Virus record (IMG/VR): IMGVR_UViG_2529292998_000004
Coordinates: 1-50,094 of that record
Source: a virus
Taxonomy: Duplodnaviria > Heunggongvirae > Uroviricota > Caudoviricetes
Reading direction: 5' to 3' (one strand)
DNA length: 50,094 nucleotides
Below the pieces are notes generated by a model, which saw only the letters and a list, made by a program, of their open reading frames with translations, was not told where the DNA came from and did not search any database. Positions within the stretch are counted from its first letter, which is position 1, and the number at the start of each line of letters is the position of its first letter. This document shows positions 38,394 through 46,662 of the stretch, piece by piece. The position numbers and the translations under genes were made by a program.

Positions 38394-38758
38394 GCTCCTG
38401 TATCAGTCAGATAATTTCACGATGCTTTCCTGCTGATTGCCATCATTGACAGTCAGACTCTTACACAATCCCACCGCGTTGACTGCATGTTCTCGCCGCC
38501 TCAGTGCGATTTTGACGGCCTTATCTTCCACTCCATCAAATCAAAAGCCCTCACGTCGTTTTCACGCTCAGCGTGAGAAATACAGCCATTCTGTTGTGTC
38601 GCTGCGACATCGTTCAGGGGATGCTATTTACCCCCTGAAACGCGGGCTGTTCCCCCGTCACCTGCGCGCAGAAAAAGCGCGTTTTTTTGTGCACGCACGG
38701 ATCCTTGACGGATCCAGCCGCCATGCGGGCCGGAAGGGTAAAAAGTCGTTCAAAAAAA

Positions 38759-38788
38759 TTGTGCAAATTTGTGCACTTTTGTGCAAAC
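38759..38788. repeat. Three tandem 10-bp repeats TTGTGCA(A/C)NN
   Basis: TTGTGCAAAT TTGTGCACTT TTGTGCAAAC, helical phasing; lies in the interval where the P2-type cos is expected. Confidence 0.6.
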
Positions 38789-38808
38789 AAAAAGCGCCCC
38801 TGAGGCGC
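38787..38808 (-). terminator. Rho-independent terminator ending the three-gene variable-locus operon
   Basis: Hairpin GCGCCTCAGGGGCGC followed by TTTTTGTTT on the minus strand, 38 bp after the stop of 38846..39109. Confidence 0.5.
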
Positions 38809-38845
38809 TTTAGTGTTTTATAGGTTGTGTATATTTGCTGGGTCC

Positions 38846-39109
38846 TTATCCTGCTGTGCTTTCAACTGATGAGGGGAACAAAATCTTTTCATCAAACCCT
38901 GCATTCATATCATGGACAGCAACACACCAATCCATTGACGAACGATTATCAAGAGCCTCCATGATTTCATCCATGCGGCGTAGGTCATACAGGTAAATGC
39001 TTTTATCGCCAATGGTGTAAAAACCAATTTTTTTCGGTGATGGACAGCGATCAAGAACGTCCTGTAATTCGTTCAACCATGCCCGTTCTTTTTTTGTCAA
39101 AGTTGCCAT
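38846..39109 (-). CDS. Hypothetical protein (87 aa), third gene of variable-locus operon
   Basis: ATG 4 nt after upstream stop, RBS AAGGAGAG inside upstream gene end. Confidence 0.6.
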   Translation of the reverse strand: MATLTKKERAWLNELQDVLDRCPSPKKIGFYTIGDKSIYLYDLRRMDEIMEALDNRSSMDWCVAVHDMNAGFDEKILFPSSVESTAG

Positions 39110-39110
39110 A

Positions 39111-39602
39111 TCACTCTCCTTTGATGCGAATACCAGTGGTACTCATTATCCTGATTTCCCAGAGCACACGAGGAACACCACCGTTTCCGACTGGATCGCG
39201 TTTACTCCGCAGGGCGACGCTTGATTCCGCCCAGCTTTTTCTTGGAGGAAGCGCTTTCACACGAACAAAACCAGCTGCGCGAAGAGATGCTCCTGATTCA
39301 TCTGCCCGGGTGTACGTAATACAACGTTGATAACCCATAGCTTTTGCTGCCCGCCAGACAGCACCATAAAGCGCGCTGTTAGCGTTGCGTTCTCCTGTGG
39401 TACATGTGCGATTTACTTCAAGCGTTAATCCATCATCCAAATGTCGTGCAACAGGTCGACCGGCTGTCGCCACACCTATCAATTCTCCGGCATCATTTCT
39501 CAGACCAATGCTGAATTTATGCCCCACCGGGGGTTTATTGTGTCGGTGATGTCTGGATATAAACGCCTTCGCAACACGAAGAGTAACCGGTGAAATTTGC
39601 AT
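39111..39602 (-). CDS. Hypothetical protein (163 aa), possibly GNAT-like fold; second gene of variable-locus operon
   Basis: Start MQISPVTL.. 3 nt after upstream stop with same AAGGAGAG coupling sequence; C-terminal ..ESGASLRAAGFVRV resembles GNAT motif B (inference only). Confidence 0.55.
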   Translation of the reverse strand: MQISPVTLRVAKAFISRHHRHNKPPVGHKFSIGLRNDAGELIGVATAGRPVARHLDDGLTLEVNRTCTTGERNANSALYGAVWRAAKAMGYQRCITYTRADESGASLRAAGFVRVKALPPRKSWAESSVALRSKRDPVGNGGVPRVLWEIRIMSTTGIRIKGE

Positions 39603-39604
39603 TC

Positions 39605-40180
39605 TCACTCTCCTTTGATGCCAATGTTTACAGACTGGCAAGCCTCTTTGAGCACCCAGTCAACAGCGTCTTTCCATGCTCCGGTTTCGACTGGCGGATT
39701 CTCACGCTTTACCTGTTCATAGAAACGCACCGCTCTAACCAGTCCATCTGACGGTTTTGCCTGTAGTGCAGCCTGAGCTATGCGGTATGCCTGGAGCATA
39801 CGGGCGTCGTTGGCTTTTTTGCGGTTGATGTTGGCTATGTCCGGCTGTGCGTTTGTGTCGAAATACTCGCTCAGTGGCAGGGTGACAACCACATCCACCT
39901 CCTGTGGCGTGATGCCTGATTTGACCAGCGCGTGATGAATGGCAATGACATTCACATCGCTGTACTGGTATTGCGTGTCAGTCGTCTGGACAAAGCGATC
40001 GCTGACCGGATCAAAACCATAGCGCACGCCATCAAGCATGTAGTTCGCGGGCTGCGTGCCACCGAACGGCGCAGACCATTCCGACTTGAAGCTGTTCGGG
40101 CTGATGGCGTTGCGGCGTTCGCCGTTCTCAGTCCATGCCAGCTTGGTGTTGGTGGAGCCGTCATCGATACAAATTTTCAT
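39605..40180 (-). CDS. ParM/StbA-like actin-fold ATPase N-terminal domain protein (191 aa, truncated relative to ParM)
   Basis: MKICIDDGSTNTKLAW...ISPNSFK.EW...FG.....Y.L.G..Y.FDP.S...V.TT....QYSDVNV.A.HHAL..SG....EVD.V.TLPL.EY.D.N.QP...NI.RKKAN closely tracks the N-terminal ~140 aa of plasmid R1 ParM as remembered; remainder unrelated. Confidence 0.6.
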   Translation of the reverse strand: MKICIDDGSTNTKLAWTENGERRNAISPNSFKSEWSAPFGGTQPANYMLDGVRYGFDPVSDRFVQTTDTQYQYSDVNVIAIHHALVKSGITPQEVDVVVTLPLSEYFDTNAQPDIANINRKKANDARMLQAYRIAQAALQAKPSDGLVRAVRFYEQVKRENPPVETGAWKDAVDWVLKEACQSVNIGIKGE

Positions 40181-40211
40181 GTCGCTTTTCCTTATGTTGA
40201 TTAATTAATCG

Positions 40212-40320
40212 TTTACGGGATTCTGAAATCCCGTTTTTGCCTGTTTTATGCGCGCTTCATATATCGCGGCGCGTTTTTTGCTCATTTACGGGATTTGTGA
40301 ATCCCGTTTCTGTCTGTTTT
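40212..40320. repeat. Two ~36-bp direct repeats, each containing a hairpin (ACGGGATT..AATCCCGT), flanking the stop codon of gene A
   Basis: TTTACGGGATTCTGAAATCCCGTTTTTGCCTGTTTT at 40212..40247 and TTTACGGGATTTGTGAATCCCGTTTCTGTCTGTTTT at 40285..40320. Confidence 0.6.
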
Positions 40321-43079
40321 TTGTTTCCACTGGTCAGGCCACCCCGCAGCAGGTCTGCTTTGCGGCGGGCGCGTTCAGTGGTTTCACTGATTCTCTGTGC
40401 GTGCTCTGCGTCGCGGATGGCGCGCAGCATGTCAGAAAGCACGGTAACGGGTGTTTTCATGGTGTTCTGGTCTTGCTGAAGTGTGGATGCCAGGCGTGCG
40501 GCGGCTTCGGGGTCTGATGCCCTCAGCTGTTCCAGATAGCTGGCGACCGGGTTATGGCGGATCTCCGTACTGCTTACGCCGTGGTTACGGCTCAGGCGCT
40601 GCCAGAGCTGCGTGATCCGGCTGTCCGGTCGGGTATCCGGTTTGCGTACAATTTCAAATCCCTGCGGTGCAATGATGCTGCCGTCAACGTACAGACTGCC
40701 GCCCCGTAACAGGTGCTGCATCTGCTGTTCACCGATATGCAGGCCGAGAGATTCGGCAGATTCCCGCCATTCTTTAGCGAGTAATTCGTGGTTATCAGGC
40801 AAAGGCCGCTGCTGTTTGCGGCTCTGTGTCCAGCTCTGCATTTCATCACTGCTGTTTTTTGCCTGTTTGTCACGAAGCGAACGCATCAGCGCCCGGCGTT
40901 CGTGCCGTTTCAGTGAGCGCATCCATTCGTTCACGTCAACGCCGTCAGGAAGCTGCGGCCACGGTGCTGGCCGTTCTTCCGGCTGTTCTGTCCCGTTGTT
41001 GTCCGTTTCCTGTACACGGGGACAGTTATTGCCACGAGTCCAAGGGGCGGCAGGGCCGCCCTGAAGGTCAAAACCATTTTCGTGGGCGTTGTCTTCTGGT
41101 TCTGGTTTACGTCTTACCAACTTCCAGTTATCCGGATGCGTGCACACACGGGAGGATTCCCCGATGAGTGGTGACCAGATCCCGTAAATCTGTACGCTCT
41201 GTTCGCCGTAATCGTTCAGCTCATCTGCGAGGTCGTAGGCGGTGCGAATCAGGTAGTCCTTGCGTGGAACAAGCGCGCCACCCTGTTTTTCAATGTAGGT
41301 GGCAAAACACCCGGCATCGGCGGCAGCGAGTACCGCATCCATTGCATCATCTTTCAGCCGTTGCGGGCCTTCCGGATTGCGTGCCATCTGGCTGGCAAGG
41401 CGGCGCAGTTCACGCCACACCTGACGGGAGGGGATGCCAAAGAACTGGAACTGACGGACCCGGTGAAGGCGCGCCCAGCCGATGGCGCGCTCCACGCTCT
41501 CGGCCATTGATTTTCCGGTTTCGTGGTCAACGCGTGGCTTGCCCGTTTTCGGGTCGATGCCATCCACGGCGCGGCTGTCCAGGTTCTTTCCGATGTAGGT
41601 GGCGATGTAGCTGGTTGGTGTGCCTTTTGAGCCGTCGACATACTCCGCCTTAAAACGCGGAGTTATGTCATCGCCCAGCTCGTGGCGGTCCTCCTGAATG
41701 GCAATATCGCAGACGTGGGACACGATGGTTTCAATCTCGTCCGGATGTGCAAAGACCATCATATGCCAGTGCACAGTGCCGTCATGGTGAGGCTCCACCG
41801 TGCGGATGCCATACCAGCGCAGGCCGTCGCGGTTCAGTTTTTTGCGGACCGCCGCAAAAAACGTGTTAACCAGGTAATCGCTAGAGTCGCGCATGGTGGC
41901 CCCGTTCCATTTGGGGTTCGGATGACCGTTCTCCGTTGTTGCGTGGTATTTTGACGGGCAGGTAACGGTCAGAAACACCGCTCTGTCGCTACGGGCTTCG
42001 GCCAGAAGTTCCAGTCCCTTCATGGTGGCCATCATTTCTGCCTTACGGTGAACCGGGTTACTTACTCCCGCGTAATACACTGTCTCGAGATCAATCGTGA
42101 ACCCGTCTTCATTTTCCAGCATGAAACTTTTCAGGAAATCGCGTGTTTTCTCGCGCTGTGCGCGAAACTCGCTTAACGCGTCCTGGCTCAGATAGGGCGA
42201 TGTTTTTCTGGAAACCAGACAGGCGGCGCGGAGTTGTTCTTCCCGCCACTCGCAACGTAACAGCCACAGTTTGCGTTTCCACCATTCCGCACAGGTCAGG
42301 CGAAGGATTGCGCCCGGCAGCAGTTCTGTGTCCGGTTCGTTCCTCCGGTCTTTGTCTGTTGTCAGTGCGTCATAATGCGGAGGCATGGCGTGCAAGTGTA
42401 ACGCCATGCGGGCTAGCATCTGATACGCCTTCAGCGTTACATCCATGGTCAGCTCGCCATCAGTCGCGCCAAAACCATCGCAGAGTTTTTCGAAGGTGCT
42501 GCTGAACATCGCCGCCGTCATGGTGGCCAGCGTCTGTATCTGGTGTTTGTTGAGTTGCGGCAGGTAAAGCAAATCGTCCAGGCGTTCGCGTCCGGCAAGG
42601 GACCGATAACCCGGTGTCAGCCAACGGCTGTCGGTGCGGTCCAGACGTACGAATATTTTGCGCAGGGTTCCGCGCGCGTAGCGTTCAGCCTGCCAGCTCT
42701 TTTTGCCTTTCTGGCGATCGGCTTCCTGTTTTTTGCGCAGGAAGGAGAGGTGGCGAATAAGCGGATCGCGCAGATAGGACGGCAGCAGGCGCAGCGAGGC
42801 CATGGCTTCATCCACCGCGCCGCGTGCCTGTTTTCTGGCGTCTCCTGCCAGTGTGATGGTTTTGTCCTGTTTTTCCTGTGCGTCCAGGTTTTTATTAATC
42901 AGGTTGCCCAGCGGCGTTGCGGAGAACGCCGCATCAGCCATTTCCTGGCGGCGCTCGTTCTCTGCCCGGTAGGCATCCAGCCAGGAGGAAAGCGCGGATT
43001 CAGGTGCGGGGATCCCCGTTCCTTCACGCCCCACTGCGTGGCGCGGTTGTTGCCAGTCCCTGATGTACTCTGCCGTCAT
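40257..43079 (-). CDS. P2 gpA-like replication initiation endonuclease (HUH rolling-circle Rep), 940 aa
   Basis: HUH motif (..GTVHWHMMVFAH..) and paired active-site tyrosines (..SYIATYIGKN..). Confidence 0.8.
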   Translation of the reverse strand: MTAEYIRDWQQPRHAVGREGTGIPAPESALSSWLDAYRAENERRQEMADAAFSATPLGNLINKNLDAQEKQDKTITLAGDARKQARGAVDEAMASLRLLPSYLRDPLIRHLSFLRKKQEADRQKGKKSWQAERYARGTLRKIFVRLDRTDSRWLTPGYRSLAGRERLDDLLYLPQLNKHQIQTLATMTAAMFSSTFEKLCDGFGATDGELTMDVTLKAYQMLARMALHLHAMPPHYDALTTDKDRRNEPDTELLPGAILRLTCAEWWKRKLWLLRCEWREEQLRAACLVSRKTSPYLSQDALSEFRAQREKTRDFLKSFMLENEDGFTIDLETVYYAGVSNPVHRKAEMMATMKGLELLAEARSDRAVFLTVTCPSKYHATTENGHPNPKWNGATMRDSSDYLVNTFFAAVRKKLNRDGLRWYGIRTVEPHHDGTVHWHMMVFAHPDEIETIVSHVCDIAIQEDRHELGDDITPRFKAEYVDGSKGTPTSYIATYIGKNLDSRAVDGIDPKTGKPRVDHETGKSMAESVERAIGWARLHRVRQFQFFGIPSRQVWRELRRLASQMARNPEGPQRLKDDAMDAVLAAADAGCFATYIEKQGGALVPRKDYLIRTAYDLADELNDYGEQSVQIYGIWSPLIGESSRVCTHPDNWKLVRRKPEPEDNAHENGFDLQGGPAAPWTRGNNCPRVQETDNNGTEQPEERPAPWPQLPDGVDVNEWMRSLKRHERRALMRSLRDKQAKNSSDEMQSWTQSRKQQRPLPDNHELLAKEWRESAESLGLHIGEQQMQHLLRGGSLYVDGSIIAPQGFEIVRKPDTRPDSRITQLWQRLSRNHGVSSTEIRHNPVASYLEQLRASDPEAAARLASTLQQDQNTMKTPVTVLSDMLRAIRDAEHAQRISETTERARRKADLLRGGLTSGNKKQTETGFTNPVNEQKTRRDI

Positions 43080-43085
43080 AGTGAT

Positions 43086-43451
43086 TTACTTCGTCATGCC
43101 ATTCAGGGTGTCGCGGCAGACTGTAGCCAGCCGCTGAATTTCCAGCACGGTGTCTTCTGTGTCGGCATGGCGATGTGTGATGCGGATGCTGTCGGCAATC
43201 ACATCGACGATTGCAGAGGATGGGCGCTGGTAAATGCCAATAACGGACGGGGTGCCACCTTCAATGCGGTAAAGCCTGTAATTTCCCTCGTGGCTGTCAA
43301 TCATGTAGCGACCATCAATAACAATCTTTCCGTCAGCGAGCTGCGGTACAGGCAGGGATTTCAGGTACATGTCATAACGATCACGCACGCGAGCGGCAAG
43401 ATCACGTTCTGTGTTGAGCAGGTATTCAAGAAAGTCGTTGGCGAGAATCAT
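43086..43451 (-). CDS. Hypothetical protein (121 aa) immediately upstream of A
   Basis: ORF with stop 7 nt before A start. Confidence 0.5.
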   Translation of the reverse strand: MILANDFLEYLLNTERDLAARVRDRYDMYLKSLPVPQLADGKIVIDGRYMIDSHEGNYRLYRIEGGTPSVIGIYQRPSSAIVDVIADSIRITHRHADTEDTVLEIQRLATVCRDTLNGMTK

Positions 43452-43523
43452 TGCGGCAATCCTCTTGTTACAGATGTGCGAAGGCCTCCCGCCGCAAGGT
43501 GCAGGAAAGGCCCGGAACAGGAA

Positions 43524-43754
43524 TTAATGGAGTTTGTTTTGCTGCTGGAAGAGTTGTTGCAGCTCGCGCAGATCATCCGCCAGATAGCTGAAAACAGAGG
43601 CGGAATAGATGTTCGATAGCGCGTGGCTGCGCTCATGCAGCATATTGATGTGCATGATTTGCGCGACGCGTGATGCGCGGAAAAGTCTACGGTTGATTTC
43701 AGTCTGGATGTGACGACGCTCCGCGATAGCGCGGCGCTGTTTGCGGTTTGCCAT
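43524..43754 (-). CDS. Hypothetical small basic protein (76 aa)
   Basis: ORF MANRKQRRAIAERRHIQTEINRR..; overlapping 206 aa ORF in another frame judged spurious. Confidence 0.4.
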   Translation of the reverse strand: MANRKQRRAIAERRHIQTEINRRLFRASRVAQIMHINMLHERSHALSNIYSASVFSYLADDLRELQQLFQQQNKLH

Positions 43755-44090
43755 GGTGTGGCCCCTTGTGTAGTAAGTTGTGAAAACTCACCATCCAGAG
43801 CTGCGAAACTGTGGGTGGCGAGACGTACGAGGTTCGCAGTACCGGCTACACAAGAACCCGGCCCGACCGAAGTCGGCCCCGTACGCCCCGCCATAATTCT
43901 GACGCGAAAAAAACGTGGCAATACAGTACGCACAAAAAAACCGCTGGCGCGGTTGTGCGCTTGTGTAGTCAGCAGGCTGCGAAACCCGGCACCCGTTTTG
44001 TGAGGTGCAGCGGAAATGTAACCTGACTGATTGCGGCATGGCAAGCGGTTTTTTTGTGAGAACGGCATACTAAAAAATCCTGATACTGCT

Positions 44091-44115
44091 CCGGCCAGCG
44101 GTTTTCACTGGCCGG
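44091..44115. other. Stem-loop CCGGCCAGCGG..CACTGGCCGG just downstream of SPFH gene (weak terminator)
   Basis: 10 bp inverted repeat; U-run not adjacent on minus strand. Confidence 0.35.
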
Positions 44116-44121
44116 GTTTAA

Positions 44122-44952
44122 TTACTTCACCGGAACAAACGGAACAGCGGTGTTACTGGTCATGTATTGCGGTAGCGTGCCGTTCCATTTGTTAATCGCT
44201 TCCAGCTCCATAACGCCGGGATTCTGGCGCAGAGCTTCGCCGCGTAAACGAATGGCGTCGGCTTCAGCCTGGGCTTTTGTGCGAATGGCATCGGCTTGTC
44301 CGGCAGCTTCTGCGCGCAGCATGTTGGCTTCAGCTTCGCGTTGCTTGACTTCCTGTTCACGTTGCAGGGTTTTCTGGTTTGCCGTGACTTTGGCGTTAAT
44401 GCTGTCGATAACGGTTGGCGGATATTCCGGTTTACCGACATAAGAGAGGCTCATGACCTGAATACCGATGGGGGTCATTTCTGCCTGAATATCTTTAAGT
44501 GCTGAATCCAGCAGTTCAGACTTACCACCGTCGATAAACTTATCGGTGGTCATTTTGCTGGCCAGTCGGTTGAGTGCATCGGCGATCTTCTGGCGCAGGT
44601 CAGTGTCGGTAATGTCGTCCACGCCTTTGCGGTAGGTCTGAAACACCGTGGTAACTTTGGATGGATCAACTTTGTAGGCCACGCCGATGTGATAGCCGAT
44701 GGTTGTGCCGTCACTCATCTGAAAGCTGAACGGCTCATCGTAGGTCTTCATTTGTTTGAAGGTCGGGAAGATGTAAACCTCGGTATTCCAGCCAGTCCAG
44801 TAGCGACCAACGCCAACCACTTCGCCAACGCCTTTGTCGTCGCCCAGCTTGTTGACTTTGATGCCCATATTACCTGGCTCAACGCGATCGCAGCCAACCA
44901 GCAGGATGGCGGCAAAAAGCGGGAGAATCTGAAAGAGTCTGAATTTCTTCAT
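44122..44952 (-). CDS. SPFH/band-7 (prohibitin-like) domain lipoprotein
   Basis: 276 aa; lipoprotein signal MKKFRLFQILPLFAAILLVGC; SPFH-like core; C-terminal coiled-coil rich in Ala/Glu/Gln. Confidence 0.75.
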   Translation of the reverse strand: MKKFRLFQILPLFAAILLVGCDRVEPGNMGIKVNKLGDDKGVGEVVGVGRYWTGWNTEVYIFPTFKQMKTYDEPFSFQMSDGTTIGYHIGVAYKVDPSKVTTVFQTYRKGVDDITDTDLRQKIADALNRLASKMTTDKFIDGGKSELLDSALKDIQAEMTPIGIQVMSLSYVGKPEYPPTVIDSINAKVTANQKTLQREQEVKQREAEANMLRAEAAGQADAIRTKAQAEADAIRLRGEALRQNPGVMELEAINKWNGTLPQYMTSNTAVPFVPVK

Positions 44953-45152
44953 TGTTTAATTTCCTTGATGTACTTACTGAAAAGGCGAACAACGCCTGCC
45001 GGGTACAGCATGGCAATGAAAATGCCCAGCAATACCAGGAAGGAGCTGTCTGATGAAATCATTCGGGGGAGTACCCCTACATACAGAATGAGAGAGACGA
45101 GGACGCATACCAGCGCCCATGCATATGCACGAAACCATGTCTTGTTGTTCAT
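44949..45152 (-). CDS. Small two-TM membrane protein (67 aa) translationally coupled to SPFH gene
   Basis: Start MNNKTWFRAYAWALVCVLVSLILYVGV..; ATGA overlap with SPFH start. Confidence 0.5.
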   Translation of the reverse strand: MNNKTWFRAYAWALVCVLVSLILYVGVLPRMISSDSSFLVLLGIFIAMLYPAGVVRLFSKYIKEIKQ

Positions 45153-45162
45153 GTTGCGGCCC

Positions 45163-45459
45163 TTACTGGTTAAGGAAAAAATCGAAAACCTTGTCAATGC
45201 GTTGCAGCAGCTCTTGCTGTATTGCTTCCGGCGTTTCCGGTTCGCCTGGCGCCTCCAACGTCGCGCAGAAATCAGCGATTTCATGATGGAGTGTCAGGCG
45301 AATGGCAGGGGCCGTGGTTCTGGCGTGCTCCAACTCATCCAGCAGTGCCAACACCACTGACGGTTGTAAGCTCACGCGAGATGGTAGTGATTCATGGGGG
45401 GGTATTCTTTGCACGGCAGTCGCCAGTTCGCGTAGTTCCTGGTGGTTGATGATGCTCAT
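45163..45459 (-). CDS. Hypothetical protein (98 aa)
   Basis: ORF in early operon, overlaps neighbours by 4 nt. Confidence 0.45.
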   Translation of the reverse strand: MSIINHQELRELATAVQRIPPHESLPSRVSLQPSVVLALLDELEHARTTAPAIRLTLHHEIADFCATLEAPGEPETPEAIQQELLQRIDKVFDFFLNQ

Positions 45460-45707
45460 GCTCTGGCTTCCTTCAGTAACTGGTTAAACATATTGGTAAG
45501 TGGATTGCCGCACCCGAACGGCATCGGGTTTACCTGGTAAGAGAAGCGACCACCTGTTTTGCGCTCTTTTCTTATGACTGAACCGCTACGCCAGAGTCGG
45601 CGTAACTCCGCATTAATAGCTGTGGTTGGGGTATTCAGTGCTGCGGCGATTTCTCCACCGCTACACCCCGGATTGGCGGCGATATAGTCCAGAATGGTCA
45701 TCTGCAT
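45456..45707 (-). CDS. Putative winged-helix DNA-binding protein (83 aa)
   Basis: MQMTILDYIAANPGCSGGEIAAALNTPTTAINAELRRLWRSG.. helix-turn-helix-like pattern. Confidence 0.5.
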   Translation of the reverse strand: MQMTILDYIAANPGCSGGEIAAALNTPTTAINAELRRLWRSGSVIRKERKTGGRFSYQVNPMPFGCGNPLTNMFNQLLKEARA

Positions 45708-45904
45708 GACTCCTGTACCTGTCGGATAAGGTTCACCCGCACCACGTTGGTGGCGCAGAAGTAAGTGCCGTCAGTGAGGTAGATGTGGTGTGCATCCTTT
45801 TCTGAACGGTGTTTGTCGATTGTGGTAATCAGGCGTTCGTCGACTTCGTATTCACGTCCTCTGGAGGTAAAACGAACGACAGGAAAGTGCTTAATTGCCA
45901 TTGC
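45698..45904 (-). CDS. Hypothetical protein (about 68 aa from internal Met)
   Basis: ORF in early operon. Confidence 0.4.
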   Translation of the reverse strand, partial: AMAIKHFPVVRFTSRGREYEVDERLITTIDKHRSEKDAHHIYLTDGTYFCATNVVRVNLIRQVQESCR

Positions 45905-46208
45905 GCCCACTGTTCTGTTTCTGGCGACGGATGCGGGATAGCTGGATTTCCAGCTCTTCAATGTGGTCGTGCAACTCGTCTATTTCGGCGAAAAGCGAAT
46001 CAAGGGTTGATGAGAGTTCCGTTAACAGGGCCTTTGCCGCCAGTGCAACAGTAAACGTGCCGATGTCGCGTTCCGGGTCAATTTCACTAACAAGTGTTCT
46101 GGTTAGTTCAAGAGCGACGGGGAGCGCCTCTTCCAGTTTGCAATCCTGGAGATGAGCAAGAATAGTTAATGCGTCGCATTGAATTTTGTCTTCTTTATTT
46201 TGTTTCAT
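45891..46208 (-). CDS. Hypothetical coiled-coil protein (105 aa)
   Basis: ORF in early operon. Confidence 0.45.
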   Translation of the reverse strand: MKQNKEDKIQCDALTILAHLQDCKLEEALPVALELTRTLVSEIDPERDIGTFTVALAAKALLTELSSTLDSLFAEIDELHDHIEELEIQLSRIRRQKQNSGRNGN

Positions 46209-46408
46209 CGTTGCCGCCTTATTTGAATGTACAAAGCCCTCCGCGAGTGCGGATTGTTTTCATGTTTTCTTATTTAATCGTGTGTTTTATTTGTGCTGTT
46301 ATTCTTCAGTGAAAAAACGCTCAATCTTTTTTACTGAATGAATAATTCGCACAATGCCAATTGCGCAGACCACTGAAATAATCAGAACAATCCATGACAT
46401 AAATATAC

Positions 46409-46651
46409 TCATGCGATATTCCCCAGCTTATACGGTTCAATATGTTCTCCGCATTCTGCGGCACAGATCAGCTCGGAAAGTTCGTTAAGTGCATCCAGAT
46501 CATCAGCGTAAAAAGCCACGTCATACAGACTCCGGATTGCCCTGGTCAATGAGTCACGGGCTGCACGTTCAGCATGAACGCCTGATGCGCTTAAGCGAAA
46601 ATAAAAACGCTCAAGTGCTTTGTTGATGAGTGTTTTATATTCTTTGTCCAT
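46409..46651 (-). CDS. Hypothetical protein (80 aa)
   Basis: ORF in early operon. Confidence 0.45.
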   Translation of the reverse strand: MDKEYKTLINKALERFYFRLSASGVHAERAARDSLTRAIRSLYDVAFYADDLDALNELSELICAAECGEHIEPYKLGNIA

Positions 46652-46662
46652 TGCAACACCCT

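Noticed and set aside
38437-38823. 128 aa plus-strand ORF in the portal-to-cargo intergenic region
   Set aside because: The region is full of palindromes and tandem repeats and is the expected cos and regulatory interval; the ORF has no RBS and odd composition.
39605-40180. ParM-like gene as part of a plasmid partition (parMRC) system
   Set aside because: No ParR-like gene or parC centromere repeats are adjacent, and the protein lacks the C-terminal half of the actin fold, so a canonical partition function is unlikely.
43448-44068. 206 aa minus-strand ORF overlapping the non-coding repeat region
   Set aside because: Composition is dominated by Ser/Arg/Thr/Ala and it spans hairpins and repeats; judged non-coding.
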